A DNA stretch of 64,000 bases from Nitrospirota bacterium. GTDB lineage: Bacteria; Nitrospirota; Thermodesulfovibrionia; Thermodesulfovibrionales; Dissulfurispiraceae. A program made the position numbers and the translations under genes. The notes under the pieces were generated by a model. It did not search any database. It was not told the DNA's origin and worked only from the letters and a program-made list of their open reading frames with translations. Positions 20,542-33,000 of this stretch are shown here, one piece after another; the stretch's first letter is position 1; each line of letters starts with the position of its first letter. Where the stretch lies: the NCBI GenBank assembly GCA_963790025.1, contig CAWBMP010000004.1, positions 1,672,177 to 1,736,176 on the forward strand. Reading direction: 5' to 3'.

Positions 20542-21216
20542 ATGTTTATCGATAAATCGATGACGCGAAAAGTTATTGCGATTCGACCGGAGTCCAGCTT
20601 ACTTGAAGCAAGGGAAATAATGGACAGGAACCATATCAGGCATCTGCCCGTGGTTGATGAAGATAATACTGTTATAGGGGTTATTACCGACCGTGATATA
20701 CGAAGCGCCCTGCCGTCTGCGTTTTCGACTTGCCAGAGTGATCCAAAGGAAACGGAACGAATCTCCAAACTTAAGGTCGGAGAGGTCATGACCAAAAATC
20801 CAATTACCATTTCCCCGTTGAACACTCTGGAGGATGCTCTTCTGATGATGCATAAGACGAATAAGGGTGCGCTGCCTGTTGTTGACGAGGCGGGGAAATT
20901 GAAGGGGATTATCTCGACCCGCGATCTGATTCGCGCCTTCATTAATGTGCTGGGGATTGAAGAGCCCGGAACTCTCCTATGTCTTGTTGTTGAAGAAAGA
21001 CTTGGGCAAATGAAGAGAATTGTTGATGCTATTACCGAAGAGGGGATACCCTTCGGCAGCATTCTTGTTGCAAGGCACTGGGAAAAGGGAAAGAGGGCTG
21101 TTTTCCCATACCTGTTGACCAACAACGTTGCCAAGGTGAAAAGAAAACTGGAGAATATGGGATTCACATTGCTCAACCCCATGGAATGGTCTCTTGACAG
21201 GTTGCCAAAGGAATGA
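20542..21216 (+). CDS. CBS-pair + ACT-like domain protein, AcuB-like
   Basis: Two CBS repeats (IRHLPVVD..GVITDRDI; GALPVVD..GIIS.RDL) plus a C-terminal ACT-like domain; between the deacetylase and acs. Confidence 0.8.
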   Translation: MFIDKSMTRKVIAIRPESSLLEAREIMDRNHIRHLPVVDEDNTVIGVITDRDIRSALPSAFSTCQSDPKETERISKLKVGEVMTKNPITISPLNTLEDALLMMHKTNKGALPVVDEAGKLKGIISTRDLIRAFINVLGIEEPGTLLCLVVEERLGQMKRIVDAITEEGIPFGSILVARHWEKGKRAVFPYLLTNNVAKVKRKLENMGFTLLNPMEWSLDRLPKE

Positions 21217-21248
21217 GAGACAAAAAGGAATTACGAGGAGGAACAGGA

Positions 21249-23222
21249 ATGTCTAATGAGAGCATTGAAGTGTTACTCGCTGAAAAAAGGGCGTTTCCGC
21301 CGTCACCTGAATTCAGCAATAATGCTCATTTGAAAAGCATAGAGGAATATGAGAGGATATATCAGAAATCGGTGGACGACCCTGAAGGGTTCTGGGGTGA
21401 AATGGCCCAAAAGCAGCTTATCTGGTTCAAAAAATGGGACAAGGTGCTTGACTGGAATTTCGAAAAGCCCGAAATAAAATGGTTTAGCGGCGGCAAATTA
21501 AATGCGTCGTACAATTGCCTTGACCGGTTTGTAAATACCCCGGTGCGTAACAGGGCTGCGCTGATATGGGAATCGGACGACGGCGGAAACTATAAAACCT
21601 ATACCTATCAGCAACTCTATTATGAAGTAAACAAGTTTGCTAATGTCCTCAAGAAACATGGAATGAATAAGGGAGACAGGGTTACGATTTACCTGCCCAT
21701 GGTCCCCGAGCTCGTCATTTCGATGCTTGCCTGTGCAAGGATTGGGGTAATTCATAATGTTGTACTTAGCGGGTTCAGCGCCCACTCGCTCCGGGACAGG
21801 ATACAGGATAGCAAAGCCCGGCTCCTGATAACTTCAGACAGGGGTGTCAGGGGAGGCCGCCATTTACCCCTTAAGGCAAACTGTGATATTGCCCTCCTGG
21901 AATGCCCTACCATAGAAAAAGTTATAGTGGTAAAACGCACAGACGACGTCGACATGGAGCCCGGAAGAGATTTATGGTGGCACAATGAGATGAACGCTGC
22001 CGATCTCGCGTATTATTGCGAGCCTGAAGAGATGGAAGCCGAGGACCCACTGTTCATCCTGTATACTTCCGGCTCAACGGGAAAACCTAAAGGCGTGCTC
22101 CACACAACAGGCGGCTATATGTTGTATACCAACCTGACGTTTAAATGGGTATTCGATTATCATGAGGGTGATGTGTTTTTTTGCTGCGGTGATATAGGAT
22201 GGGTTACAGGACACAGCTACGCTGTGTACGGACCGTTGAGCAATGGCGCGACGGCCCTTATGTTCGAAGGTATTCCTACATACCCTAATCCCGGCAGGTT
22301 CTGGGACATCTGCGACAAGCACAGGGTAAACATCTTTTACACCGCGCCCACGGCAATAAAGACGCTTATGCGGCAGGGCGAAAGCTGGGTCACAAAGCAC
22401 GACTTGTCTTCATTGAGAGTGCTGGGAAGCGTCGGGGAACCAATCAATCCTGAAGTGTGGATGTGGTATCACACTTATGTCGGGAAGGGCAAACTTCCGA
22501 TTGTCGACACCTGGTGGCAGACCGAAACCGGCGGTATTCTTATAACCCCGTTACCGGGTGCGATGACCCTGAAGCCCGGTTCTGTCAACAAGCCGTTCCC
22601 CGGGGTCGTACCGGCTATACTGAAAGAGGACGGTTCTCCTGCAGGGCCTAATGAAGGGGGCTATCTTGTCATCCTGAAACCATGGCCCGGCATGTTGAGG
22701 GGCACTTATGGAGACCCGGAAAACAAACGGATCAAAGAAATCTATTTCTCAAGGTTCCCCGGCAAGTATTTCACCGGTGATGGAGCACGCTGTGATAATG
22801 AAGGCGATTACTGGCTTATGGGAAGAATTGATGATGTCATTAATATTTCGGGGCACAGGCTCGGTACGGCTGAAGTAGAATCGGCCCTGCTTAGCCACGA
22901 AGCAGTTGCAGAAGCTGCTGTAGTCGGATTCCCCCACGAGATAAAAGGTGAGGGGATATATGTGTATGTTACGTTGAAAGAAGGATACCAGCCGTCCGAG
23001 GAGCTTAAGAAAATGCTTATCGGGCATGTGCGGTCGGCCATCGGTCCAATAGCAAGCCCTGACAAAGTGCAGTTTGCTACCGGCCTGCCCAAGACCAGGA
23101 GCGGCAAGATCATGAGGAGAATTCTAAGGAAGATTGCGGTAGGCGATGTGACAAACCTCGGCGATACTTCGACGCTTTCCGATCCTTCGGCGGTAGGTAA
23201 TCTGATTAGAGGAAGGCTTTAG
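21249..23222 (+). CDS. acs: AMP-forming acetyl-CoA synthetase, paralog 2
   Basis: [38 protein letters not shown] before ATG 21249. Confidence 0.9.
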   Translation: MSNESIEVLLAEKRAFPPSPEFSNNAHLKSIEEYERIYQKSVDDPEGFWGEMAQKQLIWFKKWDKVLDWNFEKPEIKWFSGGKLNASYNCLDRFVNTPVRNRAALIWESDDGGNYKTYTYQQLYYEVNKFANVLKKHGMNKGDRVTIYLPMVPELVISMLACARIGVIHNVVLSGFSAHSLRDRIQDSKARLLITSDRGVRGGRHLPLKANCDIALLECPTIEKVIVVKRTDDVDMEPGRDLWWHNEMNAADLAYYCEPEEMEAEDPLFILYTSGSTGKPKGVLHTTGGYMLYTNLTFKWVFDYHEGDVFFCCGDIGWVTGHSYAVYGPLSNGATALMFEGIPTYPNPGRFWDICDKHRVNIFYTAPTAIKTLMRQGESWVTKHDLSSLRVLGSVGEPINPEVWMWYHTYVGKGKLPIVDTWWQTETGGILITPLPGAMTLKPGSVNKPFPGVVPAILKEDGSPAGPNEGGYLVILKPWPGMLRGTYGDPENKRIKEIYFSRFPGKYFTGDGARCDNEGDYWLMGRIDDVINISGHRLGTAEVESALLSHEAVAEAAVVGFPHEIKGEGIYVYVTLKEGYQPSEELKKMLIGHVRSAIGPIASPDKVQFATGLPKTRSGKIMRRILRKIAVGDVTNLGDTSTLSDPSAVGNLIRGRL

Positions 23223-23495
23223 GGGCTGCCCAGCCCCTTTAACCCTCTTAACCCCAACAACTATCGTCAGCCATTCTGCTTATAACATCGCACTGCTCTG
23301 GCAATAACATCTCTTTTTATTTGACAGAGTTCAGGTAAGAGATGCTATAATCGTAAAATTTACCCCAAAAAACCTTTATAACAGCGATAGTTATACTGTG
23401 ATAAGCAAACGTTATAGGTATTGGGATATGAATATCGAGACAATAAGAATGCCCATTTTGGGATGTCATAAAACAGTCACGAGGAGGGAGCAGTA

Positions 23496-25472
23496 ATGTC
23501 TAAAGACAGCATCGAAGTAATGTCTACAGAAAACAGAACGTTTCCACCATCACCTGAATTCAGCAAAAAAGCTCATATCAAGAGCATCGAGGAGTATGAG
23601 AAGATCTATAAGAGATCGGTGGACGACACCGAAGGGTTTTGGGGTGAAATGGCTGAAAAGCAGCTTACCTGGTACAAGAAATGGGATAAGGTGCTTGATT
23701 GGACTTTCGAGGGTAAGCCTGAAATAAAGTGGTTCAGCGGCGGCAAATTGAATGTATCGTACAATTGCCTTGACAGGTTTGTTAACACCGCTACCAGGAA
23801 CAAGGCAGCGCTCATATGGGAAGCTGACGGCGGCGAATATAAAACCTTTACCTATCAGCAGCTCTATACGGAGGTCAACAGGTTCGCTAATGTCCTCAAA
23901 AAACACGGATTAAAAAAGGGCGACAGAGTTACAATTTACCTCCCCATGATCCCGGAACTTGCCATCTCAATGCTTGCATGTTCGAGGATCGGAGTAATAC
24001 ACAGCATAGTATTCGGCGGTTTCAGCGCCCAGGCATTAATGGACAGGATACAGGATGCAGGATCCAAACTGGCCATAACATGTGACCAGAGCGTCAGGGG
24101 AAGCAAATTGATACCCTTGAAAGGCAATATGGATAATGCCTTAGAGGAATGCCCGACAGTCGAAAAACTGATTGTTGTAAAAAGGGGAGATGGCAACGTC
24201 AATATAAAGGCAGGCAGGGACCTCTGGTGGCACGATGAAATGAAGGCCGATGACGTAAGGGGCTACTGCAAGCCTGAAGAGATGGATGCGGAAGATCCGC
24301 TATTTATCCTGTATACTTCCGGCTCAACCGGAAAGCCGAAAGGCGTGCTTCATACAACAGGCGGATATCTGCTGTATACTAACCTGACGTTCAAGTGGAT
24401 ATTCGATTACCATGAAGAGGACATTCATTTCTGTACAGCTGACATAGGCTGGGTTACAGGGCACAGTTATATTGTATACGGACCGTTGAGCAATGGCGCA
24501 ACAAGCCTTATGTTCGAGGGTGTTCCTTCGTACCCGAATGCAGGCCGGTTCTGGGATATTTGCGAGAAGCACAAGGTAAATATCTTTTACACCGCGCCTA
24601 CCGCTATCAGGGCGCTTATGAAAGAGGGCGAAAGCTGGCCCGCGAAATATGACCTGTCGTCTTTAAAGGTGCTGGGAAGCGTCGGAGAACCGATCAATCC
24701 CGAGGCATGGATGTGGTATTTCAAGAATATCGGCGGCAGCAAGCTTCCGATTGTAGATACGTGGTGGCAGACCGAGACCGGAGGTATCCTTATAACGCCG
24801 CTCCCGGGTGCAATGACACTGAAGCCCGGTTCCGCTACCAGGCCTTTCCCCGGAGTTGTACCGGCTGTCCTTAACGAAAAAGGCGCTCCTGCAGGACCTA
24901 ATGAAGGCGGCAGCCTTGTTATCCTGAAACCATGGCCCGGCATGTTGAGGGGCACTTATGGAGACCCTGAAAACAAGCGGGTTAAAGAGGTTTATTACTC
25001 AATGTTCCCCGGCAAGTATTTCACCGGTGACGGAGCGCGCTTTGATAAAGAAGGCGATTACTGGCTGATGGGAAGGATTGATGATGTTATCAATATTTCG
25101 GGACACAGGCTCGGTACGGCTGAAGTCGAATCAGCCCTGGTAGCTCACGAGGCAGTTGCCGAGGCCGCTGTTGTTGGATACCCCCATGATATTAAAGGTG
25201 AGGGGATTTATGTGTATGTTACGTTGAAGGATGGGTTTGCGCCTTCTGACGACCTTAAGAAAAAACTTGTCGGACACGTGCGGACAGTTATCGGTCCGAT
25301 AGCAAGTCCGGACAAGTTGCAGTTTTCTCCCGGCCTGCCCAAGACCAGGAGCGGCAAGATCATGAGAAGGATCCTCAGAAAGATTGCGAGCGGCGAAATA
25401 GATGCTCTCGGGGATACCTCGACGCTTGCCGATCCTACAGTTGTCGAAGATCTTCTCAAAGGAAGACTTTAA
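23496..25472 (+). CDS. acs: AMP-forming acetyl-CoA synthetase, paralog 3
   Basis: All canonical motifs ([38 protein letters not shown]); SD GAGGAGG. Confidence 0.95.
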   Translation: MSKDSIEVMSTENRTFPPSPEFSKKAHIKSIEEYEKIYKRSVDDTEGFWGEMAEKQLTWYKKWDKVLDWTFEGKPEIKWFSGGKLNVSYNCLDRFVNTATRNKAALIWEADGGEYKTFTYQQLYTEVNRFANVLKKHGLKKGDRVTIYLPMIPELAISMLACSRIGVIHSIVFGGFSAQALMDRIQDAGSKLAITCDQSVRGSKLIPLKGNMDNALEECPTVEKLIVVKRGDGNVNIKAGRDLWWHDEMKADDVRGYCKPEEMDAEDPLFILYTSGSTGKPKGVLHTTGGYLLYTNLTFKWIFDYHEEDIHFCTADIGWVTGHSYIVYGPLSNGATSLMFEGVPSYPNAGRFWDICEKHKVNIFYTAPTAIRALMKEGESWPAKYDLSSLKVLGSVGEPINPEAWMWYFKNIGGSKLPIVDTWWQTETGGILITPLPGAMTLKPGSATRPFPGVVPAVLNEKGAPAGPNEGGSLVILKPWPGMLRGTYGDPENKRVKEVYYSMFPGKYFTGDGARFDKEGDYWLMGRIDDVINISGHRLGTAEVESALVAHEAVAEAAVVGYPHDIKGEGIYVYVTLKDGFAPSDDLKKKLVGHVRTVIGPIASPDKLQFSPGLPKTRSGKIMRRILRKIASGEIDALGDTSTLADPTVVEDLLKGRL

Positions 25473-25486
25473 GATCAAATTATTTT

Positions 25487-25516
25487 AAAAAAGGCGGGGG
25501 TGACCCCGCCTTTTTT
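25487..25516 (+). terminator. Intrinsic (possibly bidirectional) terminator
   Basis: AAAAAAGGCGGGG-GTGA-CCCCGCCTTTTTT. Confidence 0.85.
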
Positions 25517-25529
25517 ATCAATGCGTATA

Positions 25530-25583
25530 TTGACAATACCTGCATTTCTGCTATAAAGTAACCAAATATTAGTAAGCACTTAC
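25530..25583 (+). promoter_or_regulatory. Promoter of the RND operon with a downstream palindrome
   Basis: TTGACA(25530)-16 nt-TATAAA with extended TG; palindrome GTAAG-CA-CTTAC at 25572-25583. Confidence 0.5.
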
Positions 25584-25766
25584 ATCGAATGAGATGTGAT
25601 TATTCAGTACAGTGTAACCTTTCAATACATGTGTGCGACTGAATAACCGTATCCATTTAATTCCCCATCGCCTCTTTGAGTCGCAGAGCTCTATGGTTTT
25701 CAAAAAAAAATCTGTGATTTCCGCGATCCTGAATAGAGGGCCGGGGTTGATAACGGAGGAGAATTA

Positions 25767-26936
25767 ATGGCAAGTTCAATGTCCCGGCTCCGGTGGATCT
25801 GGCTCCTGTTGGCCTCTTTTCTGGTCATCGGCGTATATATCTTTTTGCACAAAGGAGGGAAAGCACAATCCGGCGCGGACAAGCAGGCGCTTTCTGCTGC
25901 TGCCCGGGGTGTGCCGATTGCGGAAGAGGCGGCCAGGAAAGGCGATGTCGGCGTTTATCTCACCGGCCTGGGTGCTGTTACTTCGCTTAATACTGTTACG
26001 GTAAAGAGCCGGGTCGATGGAGAGATGATAAAGGTCTTATATCGCGAAGGGCAGATCGTCAAAGAAGGCGATATGTTGGCCGAAATCGACCCCAGGCCCT
26101 TTGACATACTTTTGACTCAGGCTGAGGGGCAGATGATTCGTGACCAGGCATTGCTAAAAGATGCCCGGCTTGATTTGCAGCGATACCAGACGCTGGCAGC
26201 GCAGGACTCAATTGCCAGGCAGCAACTGGATACCCAGGAATATCTTGTGCATCAATATGAAGGGGCTGTTAAAATCGACCAGGGCAATATAGATAACGCC
26301 AAACTACAGTTGACATATTCCCGTATAACCTCGCCGCTGAGCGGCAGGATCGGGTTGCGCCTCATTGATCCCGGCAATATCGTTCATGCGACGGACACAA
26401 ATGGGATAGCGGTGATTACCCAGCTTCAGCCCATCGCGGTCATCTTCCCAATACCCGAGGATAATCTTTCGCAGGTGCTGGGCAAACTCAAAAGCGGCGC
26501 ACGTCTGACTGTGGAGGCTTTTGACAGGGAGCAAAAGCAGAAGCTCGCTACCGGATACTTGCTCACAATTGATAACCAGATCGATCCCACGACGGGCACT
26601 GTGAAGTTCAAGGCAGTGTTCCCGAATAAAAACAACGAACTTTTCCCAAACCAGTTTGTAAATGCACGCCTGCTTGTTGAGGTGGAGCACGGCGCGGTTA
26701 TCGTGCCGGCATCGGCTATTCAACGGGGTCCCAAAGGCACGTTTGTCTACGTTGTAAAGTCTGACCACACTGTTGTGGTTCGTCCGGTAAGCGTCGGAGT
26801 CGCCCAAAACGGGGACATATCAATTGAGTCCGGATTGACAGCCGGAGAGCTTGTTGTGGTGGATGGCGCCGAAAGACTGCGTGATGGCAGCAAAGTGGAA
26901 TTACGGGGCAAAAAAGAAAAGAATAAAAAAGGTTAA
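25767..26936 (+). CDS. mdtA: RND efflux periplasmic adaptor, MdtA/MuxA family
   Basis: N-terminal TM, TVKSRVDG, LAEIDPRPF, IDNQIDPTTGT, LFPNQFVN. Confidence 0.9.
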   Translation: MASSMSRLRWIWLLLASFLVIGVYIFLHKGGKAQSGADKQALSAAARGVPIAEEAARKGDVGVYLTGLGAVTSLNTVTVKSRVDGEMIKVLYREGQIVKEGDMLAEIDPRPFDILLTQAEGQMIRDQALLKDARLDLQRYQTLAAQDSIARQQLDTQEYLVHQYEGAVKIDQGNIDNAKLQLTYSRITSPLSGRIGLRLIDPGNIVHATDTNGIAVITQLQPIAVIFPIPEDNLSQVLGKLKSGARLTVEAFDREQKQKLATGYLLTIDNQIDPTTGTVKFKAVFPNKNNELFPNQFVNARLLVEVEHGAVIVPASAIQRGPKGTFVYVVKSDHTVVVRPVSVGVAQNGDISIESGLTAGELVVVDGAERLRDGSKVELRGKKEKNKKG

Positions 26937-26945
26937 TTCTGTCCT

Positions 26946-29900
26946 ATGAATCTGTCCCGACTCTTCATTATGCGTCCGATCGCAACTACGCTGCTCATGG
27001 TAGCCATTGTTCTGGCCGGAGCCGTAGCCTATCGGCAGCTGCCGGTATCGGCTCTGCCGCAGGTTGATTATCCGACTATACAGATCCGTACTTTTTACCC
27101 TGGCGCAAGCCCTGATGTGATGGCCTCTTCGGTGACCGCTCCGTTGGAACGGCAGTTCGGCCAGATGCCGGGACTTACGCAAATGACATCGGCAAGTTCG
27201 GGCGGCAGCTCGGTTATCACGCTGCAATTCAGTCTCGAACTGAGTCTGGATGTTGCCGAGCAGGAGGTGCAGGCAGCTATCAATGCCGCATCCACGTTCC
27301 TGCCTGCAGACCTTCCGAACCCTCCGGTCTACAGCAAGGTGAACCCTGCGGATGCCCCTGTTCTTATATTGGCGCTTACCTCGGATACGATGCAGCTACC
27401 GAAAATAGAAGACCTCGCCGATACCCGGTTTGCACAAAAGATATCCCAACTGGCAGGAGTGGGACTGGTCAGTATCAGCGGAGGACAGCGGCCTGCCATA
27501 CGGATTGAAGCCAATCCGACGGCGCTGGCGGCTTATGGCCTCACACTCGAAGATCTGCGCACGGGCATTGTTGCTGCTAATGTCAACCAGGCGAAAGGGG
27601 GCTTTGACGGACCGAAACAATCGTACGTTATAGGCGCCAATGACCAGCTCTTGACGAGCGGCGGCTATACGTCGCTTGTTATTGCTTATCGAAACGGAGC
27701 TCCTGTGTACCTGTCTGACGTGGCTACGTCAACCGATGATGCCGAGAATATTAATCAGGCCGCATGGATGAACACTTCCCCCGCGGTCATCGTTAATATC
27801 CAGCGGCAACCCGGAGCCAATGTGATTGAGGTTGTCAACCGGATAAAGAAGCTGCTGCCGCAATTGCAAAGCTCTTTGCCTCCTGCCATAAAGGTGTCAG
27901 TGCTGACCGACCGCACGACCACTATCCGCGAATCGGTTGCGGACGTGCAGTACGAACTGATGCTGGCGGTCATACTTGTAGTACTCGTGATTTTCCTGTT
28001 TCTCCGCAACCTGTCAGCGACTACCATACCGAGTGTTGCCGTGCCGTTGTCTCTTGTTGGAACTTTTGGTGTGATGTACCTGCTGGGATTCAGCCTTAAC
28101 AACCTGTCGCTAATGGCCCTTACCATATCAACCGGTTTTGTTGTCGATGATGCCATCGTTATGATCGAGAATATAGCCCGCTACGTCGAAGCGGGGGAAA
28201 CGCCGCTCGAGGCTGCACTCAAGGGGGCACAACAGATAGGGTTCACCATTCTCTCCCTTACGGTTTCTCTCATTGCAGTGCTCATTCCACTTCTTTTCAT
28301 GGGCGACGTCGTGGGGCGTTTGTTCCGCGAGTTCGCCGTGACGCTGGGGGTCACTATCCTCATATCGGCTGTTGTTTCTCTTACGCTTACTCCCATGATG
28401 TGCGCGCGAATACTCAAGCATGTGCCCGAGGAGAGGCAAGGAAGGTTTTATCACATGTCGGGGCAACTGTTCGAGAAGATCATCGCTGCTTACGGTCGAA
28501 CGCTGAAATGGGTCCTTAAGCACCAGACAGCGACGCTTGTTGTTGCGGTAGCAACCCTGGTCCTGACAGTTTTGCTATACATAATAGTGCCCAAAGGATT
28601 TTTCCCTGTTCAGGATACCGGGGCCATACAGGGTATTTCCGAAGCTCCGCAATCCGTGTCGTTCCCCGCAATGGCAGAACGACAGCAAGAGCTCTCAAAA
28701 GTAATCCTTAAAGACCCGGCAGTAGAAAGTCTCTCCACGTTCATAGGGGTGGACGGTACTAATACTTCACTCAATACAGGGCGAATTCTAATCAACCTTA
28801 AATCTCTGGAAAAGCGAAAAGCGACGGCAAGCGAAGTTATCCGTCGACTCCAGCCCGAATTGGCGAAGGTCGAAGGGATTACGCTATTTATGCAGCCGGT
28901 GCAGGATTTAACGGTCAATGCGACTGTCAGCCGTACGCAGTTTCAGTATACCCTGGATGATCCCAATGCAGATGAGTTGAATAGTTGGGCGCCTAGGCTG
29001 GGGGATACACTCCGCACAAGTCCCGAACTGCGTGACGTGAGCACTGATCAGCAGGACAGAGGGCTCAGGGTTGCGCTCTCAATCGATCGTAGCACTGCTT
29101 CACGTTTTGGAGTAACCCCTCAGCTCATAGATAACACGCTTTACGATGCCTTTGGGCAGCGTCAGGTCTCCACGATTTTCACGGAATTGAACCAGTATCG
29201 TGTCGTTTTGGGTGTCAAGCCGGATTTCCTGCAGGGTCCGGACGGCCTCCAATCTATTTACCTGCGTAGTACTGCCGGAGGTCAGGTGCCGCTCGGCGCA
29301 GTCACCCGGGTATCGGAAACAACCGGACCGCTTGTGATCAACAGGCAGGGGCAGTTCCCTGTTGTAACCACTTCCTTCAACCTGGCGCCTGGAGTGGCGT
29401 TGGGGAAGGCTGTAGAGGTTGTCGAGAATGCCACTCAGAAATTAGGGCTTCCCGCAAGTATAAAGGGCAGTTTTCAGGGGACGGCACAGGCTTTCCAGGC
29501 GTCTCTCACCAATGAACCGCTTCTTATACTTGCGGCCCTTGTTACCGTCTACATCGTATTAGGGGTGTTGTACGAGAGTTTCATTCATCCTGTCACTATA
29601 CTCTCTACCCTCCCATCCGCCGGTGTCGGAGCTGTCCTATCGCTGATGATCTTCGGTGCGGAGCTGGATGTTATTGCGATTATCGGCATCATCCTTCTGA
29701 TCGGTATCGTGAAGAAAAACGGCATCATGATGGTCGACTTTGCCCTGGATGCCGAGCGCAAAGAGGGCAAGGCTCCGGAGGAGGCGATCTACCAGGCGTG
29801 CCTCCTCAGGTTCAGGCCGATTATGATGACTACTATGGCTGCTCTCTTGGGCGCCCTGCCCCTTGCGCTGGGACACGGGATGGGGTCCGAGCTGCGCCGT

Positions 29901-30071
29901 CCTCTTGGCATCTCAATCGTTGGTGGGCTCATTTTCAGCCAAGTACTCACTCTCTATACAACACCGGTAATCTATCTTGCATTCGACAGGCTGGCCAGGC
30001 GCAGGAGGAGCGGAAAACCAGAAGATCCAGCAGGTTCCCAAGGCAGCGGGAACAACCATAATACTGCATGA
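26946..30071 (+). CDS. mdtB: RND efflux transporter subunit, MdtB/MuxB family
   Basis: [46 protein letters not shown]. Confidence 0.92.
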   Translation: MNLSRLFIMRPIATTLLMVAIVLAGAVAYRQLPVSALPQVDYPTIQIRTFYPGASPDVMASSVTAPLERQFGQMPGLTQMTSASSGGSSVITLQFSLELSLDVAEQEVQAAINAASTFLPADLPNPPVYSKVNPADAPVLILALTSDTMQLPKIEDLADTRFAQKISQLAGVGLVSISGGQRPAIRIEANPTALAAYGLTLEDLRTGIVAANVNQAKGGFDGPKQSYVIGANDQLLTSGGYTSLVIAYRNGAPVYLSDVATSTDDAENINQAAWMNTSPAVIVNIQRQPGANVIEVVNRIKKLLPQLQSSLPPAIKVSVLTDRTTTIRESVADVQYELMLAVILVVLVIFLFLRNLSATTIPSVAVPLSLVGTFGVMYLLGFSLNNLSLMALTISTGFVVDDAIVMIENIARYVEAGETPLEAALKGAQQIGFTILSLTVSLIAVLIPLLFMGDVVGRLFREFAVTLGVTILISAVVSLTLTPMMCARILKHVPEERQGRFYHMSGQLFEKIIAAYGRTLKWVLKHQTATLVVAVATLVLTVLLYIIVPKGFFPVQDTGAIQGISEAPQSVSFPAMAERQQELSKVILKDPAVESLSTFIGVDGTNTSLNTGRILINLKSLEKRKATASEVIRRLQPELAKVEGITLFMQPVQDLTVNATVSRTQFQYTLDDPNADELNSWAPRLGDTLRTSPELRDVSTDQQDRGLRVALSIDRSTASRFGVTPQLIDNTLYDAFGQRQVSTIFTELNQYRVVLGVKPDFLQGPDGLQSIYLRSTAGGQVPLGAVTRVSETTGPLVINRQGQFPVVTTSFNLAPGVALGKAVEVVENATQKLGLPASIKGSFQGTAQAFQASLTNEPLLILAALVTVYIVLGVLYESFIHPVTILSTLPSAGVGAVLSLMIFGAELDVIAIIGIILLIGIVKKNGIMMVDFALDAERKEGKAPEEAIYQACLLRFRPIMMTTMAALLGALPLALGHGMGSELRRPLGISIVGGLIFSQVLTLYTTPVIYLAFDRLARRRRSGKPEDPAGSQGSGNNHNTA

Positions 30072-33000
30072 ACGTTTCGGAAGTTTTCATCAAGAGGCCC
30101 GTAGCGACTTCGCTCCTCACATTCGGAATTGTCCTCGCCGGAGTGATCGCTTTCCGCCAGCTTCCGGTATCTCCTCTGCCACAGGTAGATTTCCCGACAA
30201 TATCGGTTTCGGCAAGCCTGCCTGGGGCTGACCCCGAAACCATGGCTACATCGGTCGCCGCGCCGCTCGAACGTCAGTTGGGGCATATAGCCGGAGTGAC
30301 CGAGATGACGTCTGTCAATAATCGCGGGGCAACGAGCATAACGATGCAGTTTGATCTGGACCGGAACATAGACGGTGCAGCGCGCGATGTTCAGGCAGCT
30401 ATAAATGCAGCGCGGGGATACCTTCCTCCGAATCTCCCGAGCAACCCGACATACCGGAAAGTGAATCCATCCGACGCGCCTATTCTCATAATCGCCCTTA
30501 CCTCTGAGACGTTGACAAGGGCCCAGATGTATGATGCGGCCTCTTCCATCATGGCGCAAAAACTGGCGCAGGTAAAGGGTGTGGGACAGGTGTTTGTGGG
30601 AGGGAGCTCGCTTCCGGCTGTCCGCGTAGAATTGAACCCCATGGCTCTCAGCAAATACGGGATCAGCCTCGAAACCGTGCGCGGCGTTCTGTCCAGTACT
30701 AATGCGAACAGACCGAAGGGGGAACTGGCAAAGGGTGACAAAAGGTGGGAGATCCAGACCAATGACCAGCTTTTTACCGCCAAAGAATACGAGCCCGCGA
30801 TTATAACTTACAAGGCTGGGGCGGCTGTTCGGCTGCCTGACATCGCTTGGGTGCAGGATTCAGTTGAGGACATTCGTGCTGCAGGGTATGTCAACGGCAA
30901 ACCTTCTGTCTTTCTTGTCATCTTCCGTCAGCCTGGGGCGAATATTATCCAGACAGTCGACAATGTTCGCAGTCTGCTTCCGCAGTTGCAGGCCGCCATC
31001 CCAGGGTCGATCGACCTGTCGACTGTCGTAGATCGCACCCCGCCCATAAGGGGATCATTGCTGAATGTCGAGGAGTCGCTCATAGCCTCGGGCATTCTTG
31101 TCATATTGGTTGTATTTTGGTTCCTTAGGAATGTCAGGGCCACATTAATCCCTGCTGTCGCTATATTGGTGTCTATTGTCGGGACTTTTGCCGTTATGTA
31201 TCTGTTCGGTTACTCTCTGGATAATCTTTCTTTGATGGCGCTCACTATTGCGACCGGATTTGTTGTTGATGACGCTATAGTCGTTCTTGAAAACATTACG
31301 CGATACATGGAAAAAGGGGAGTCCCCGCTTCAGGCTGCGTTTTCAGGCACTAAAGAGATCGCCTTTACCGTCCTGTCAATGAGCGTTTCGCTGGTTGCAG
31401 TGTTTATCCCTATCCTGCTTATGGGCGGCATGGTTGGCCGCCTTTTCCGCGAGTTTGCAGTGACGCTTTCCGCAGCAGTCATGGTCTCGCTTGTAATATC
31501 ATTGTCCGCAACTCCGATGATGTGCGCTGTGCTGCTCAAGCCCGAAGAGCCACGCGTTCATGGAGCTTTCTATCGTATCAGCGAACGGATTTTCAACTGG
31601 ATGCATTCGCATTATGAGCACAGTCTCGCCTGGGCCCTTCGGTATTCCCGCTTCATGATTATATTAATGTTATTGACAGTATTGACAAGTATTGCTTTGT
31701 TTATTGTTGTTCCAAAAGGTTTTTTCCCCGAGCAGGACAGCGGGCGTCTTTCAGGAGGCGTCCAGGCTGACCAGCATATATCGTTTCAGGCGATGGAGCA
31801 GAAGCTGATCCAAATAGTTAATATAATCAAAAAAGATCCGGAAGTGGTATATGTGACAGGGTTTACCGGTGGCGGCGGCTCTACTACAAATACCGCGCGC
31901 ATGTTCATAACATTGCAACCGTTCGCAAAGAGGAAGGCGACCGCTATGGAGGTGATTGCCAGGCTACGCAAGAAACTGGCAATGGTGGCCGGCGCCCCCA
32001 CATTTCTCGCCCCTGTGCAGGACCTGCGTATTGGGGGCAGGATAGGCAACGCATTATATCAATATACCCTTATGGGAGATAACGTAACAGAACTGAACAT
32101 GTGGGGCCAGCGCGTACTGCAGAAGATGCGCACCTTGCCCCAACTTACCGATGTGAACAGTGATCAGCAGGACAAGGGGCTGCAGGCAACGCTTGTTATA
32201 GACCGGAATACCGCTTCACGGCTGGGGGTCACTCCGCAGCTTCTCGATAACACCCTGTACGATGCCTTCGGCCAGGAGCAGGTATCTGTCATGTACACCC
32301 TCTTGAACCAATACCATGTTGTAATGGAGGTCGAACCCCGTTTCTGGCAGAGCCCTGAAACGCTGAGAGATATTTATGTATCCACATCCAGCGGTTCACA
32401 GGTGCCTTTGAGCGCATTCACTCATTACGAACCCACTGCCACAGCGCTTGCAGTTAACCACCAGGGCCAATTTCCTGCAACAACGATATCATTTAATCTG
32501 GCACCCGGGGTGTCGCTTGGCGATGCAGTTAAACTGATCGAAAATAATATGCGGCAGATGGGGTTGCCGGCGAATATCCGGGGCAATTTTGCAGGAACAG
32601 CCCAGGCCTTCCAGGCTTCTCTTGCAAATGAACCGTTTCTTATTATGGCTGCACTCGTGACGGTCTATATTGTATTGGGAGTTTTATATGAAAGCTATGT
32701 CCATCCGATCACTATCCTTTCCACCCTGCCTTCTGCGGGGGTGGGGGCGGTGCTCGCAATGCTAATCTCCGGTACGGAGCTTAACATCATAGCGCTGATA
32801 GGAATCGTCTTGCTTATAGGAATAGTAAAGAAGAACGGCATTATGATGATAGACTTTGCCCTGGTGGCTGAGCGTAAAGAGGGGAAGAGTCCGGAAGAAG
32901 CTATCTATCAGGCCTGCCTGTTGAGGTTCCGGCCGATAATGATGACAACAATGGCTGCTCTCCTGGGGGCGTTGCCGCTGGCAGTGGGTGCAGGGGTAGG

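Noticed and set aside
20517..21182. 221-aa minus-strand ORF
   Set aside because: Antisense to the CBS/AcuB-like gene.
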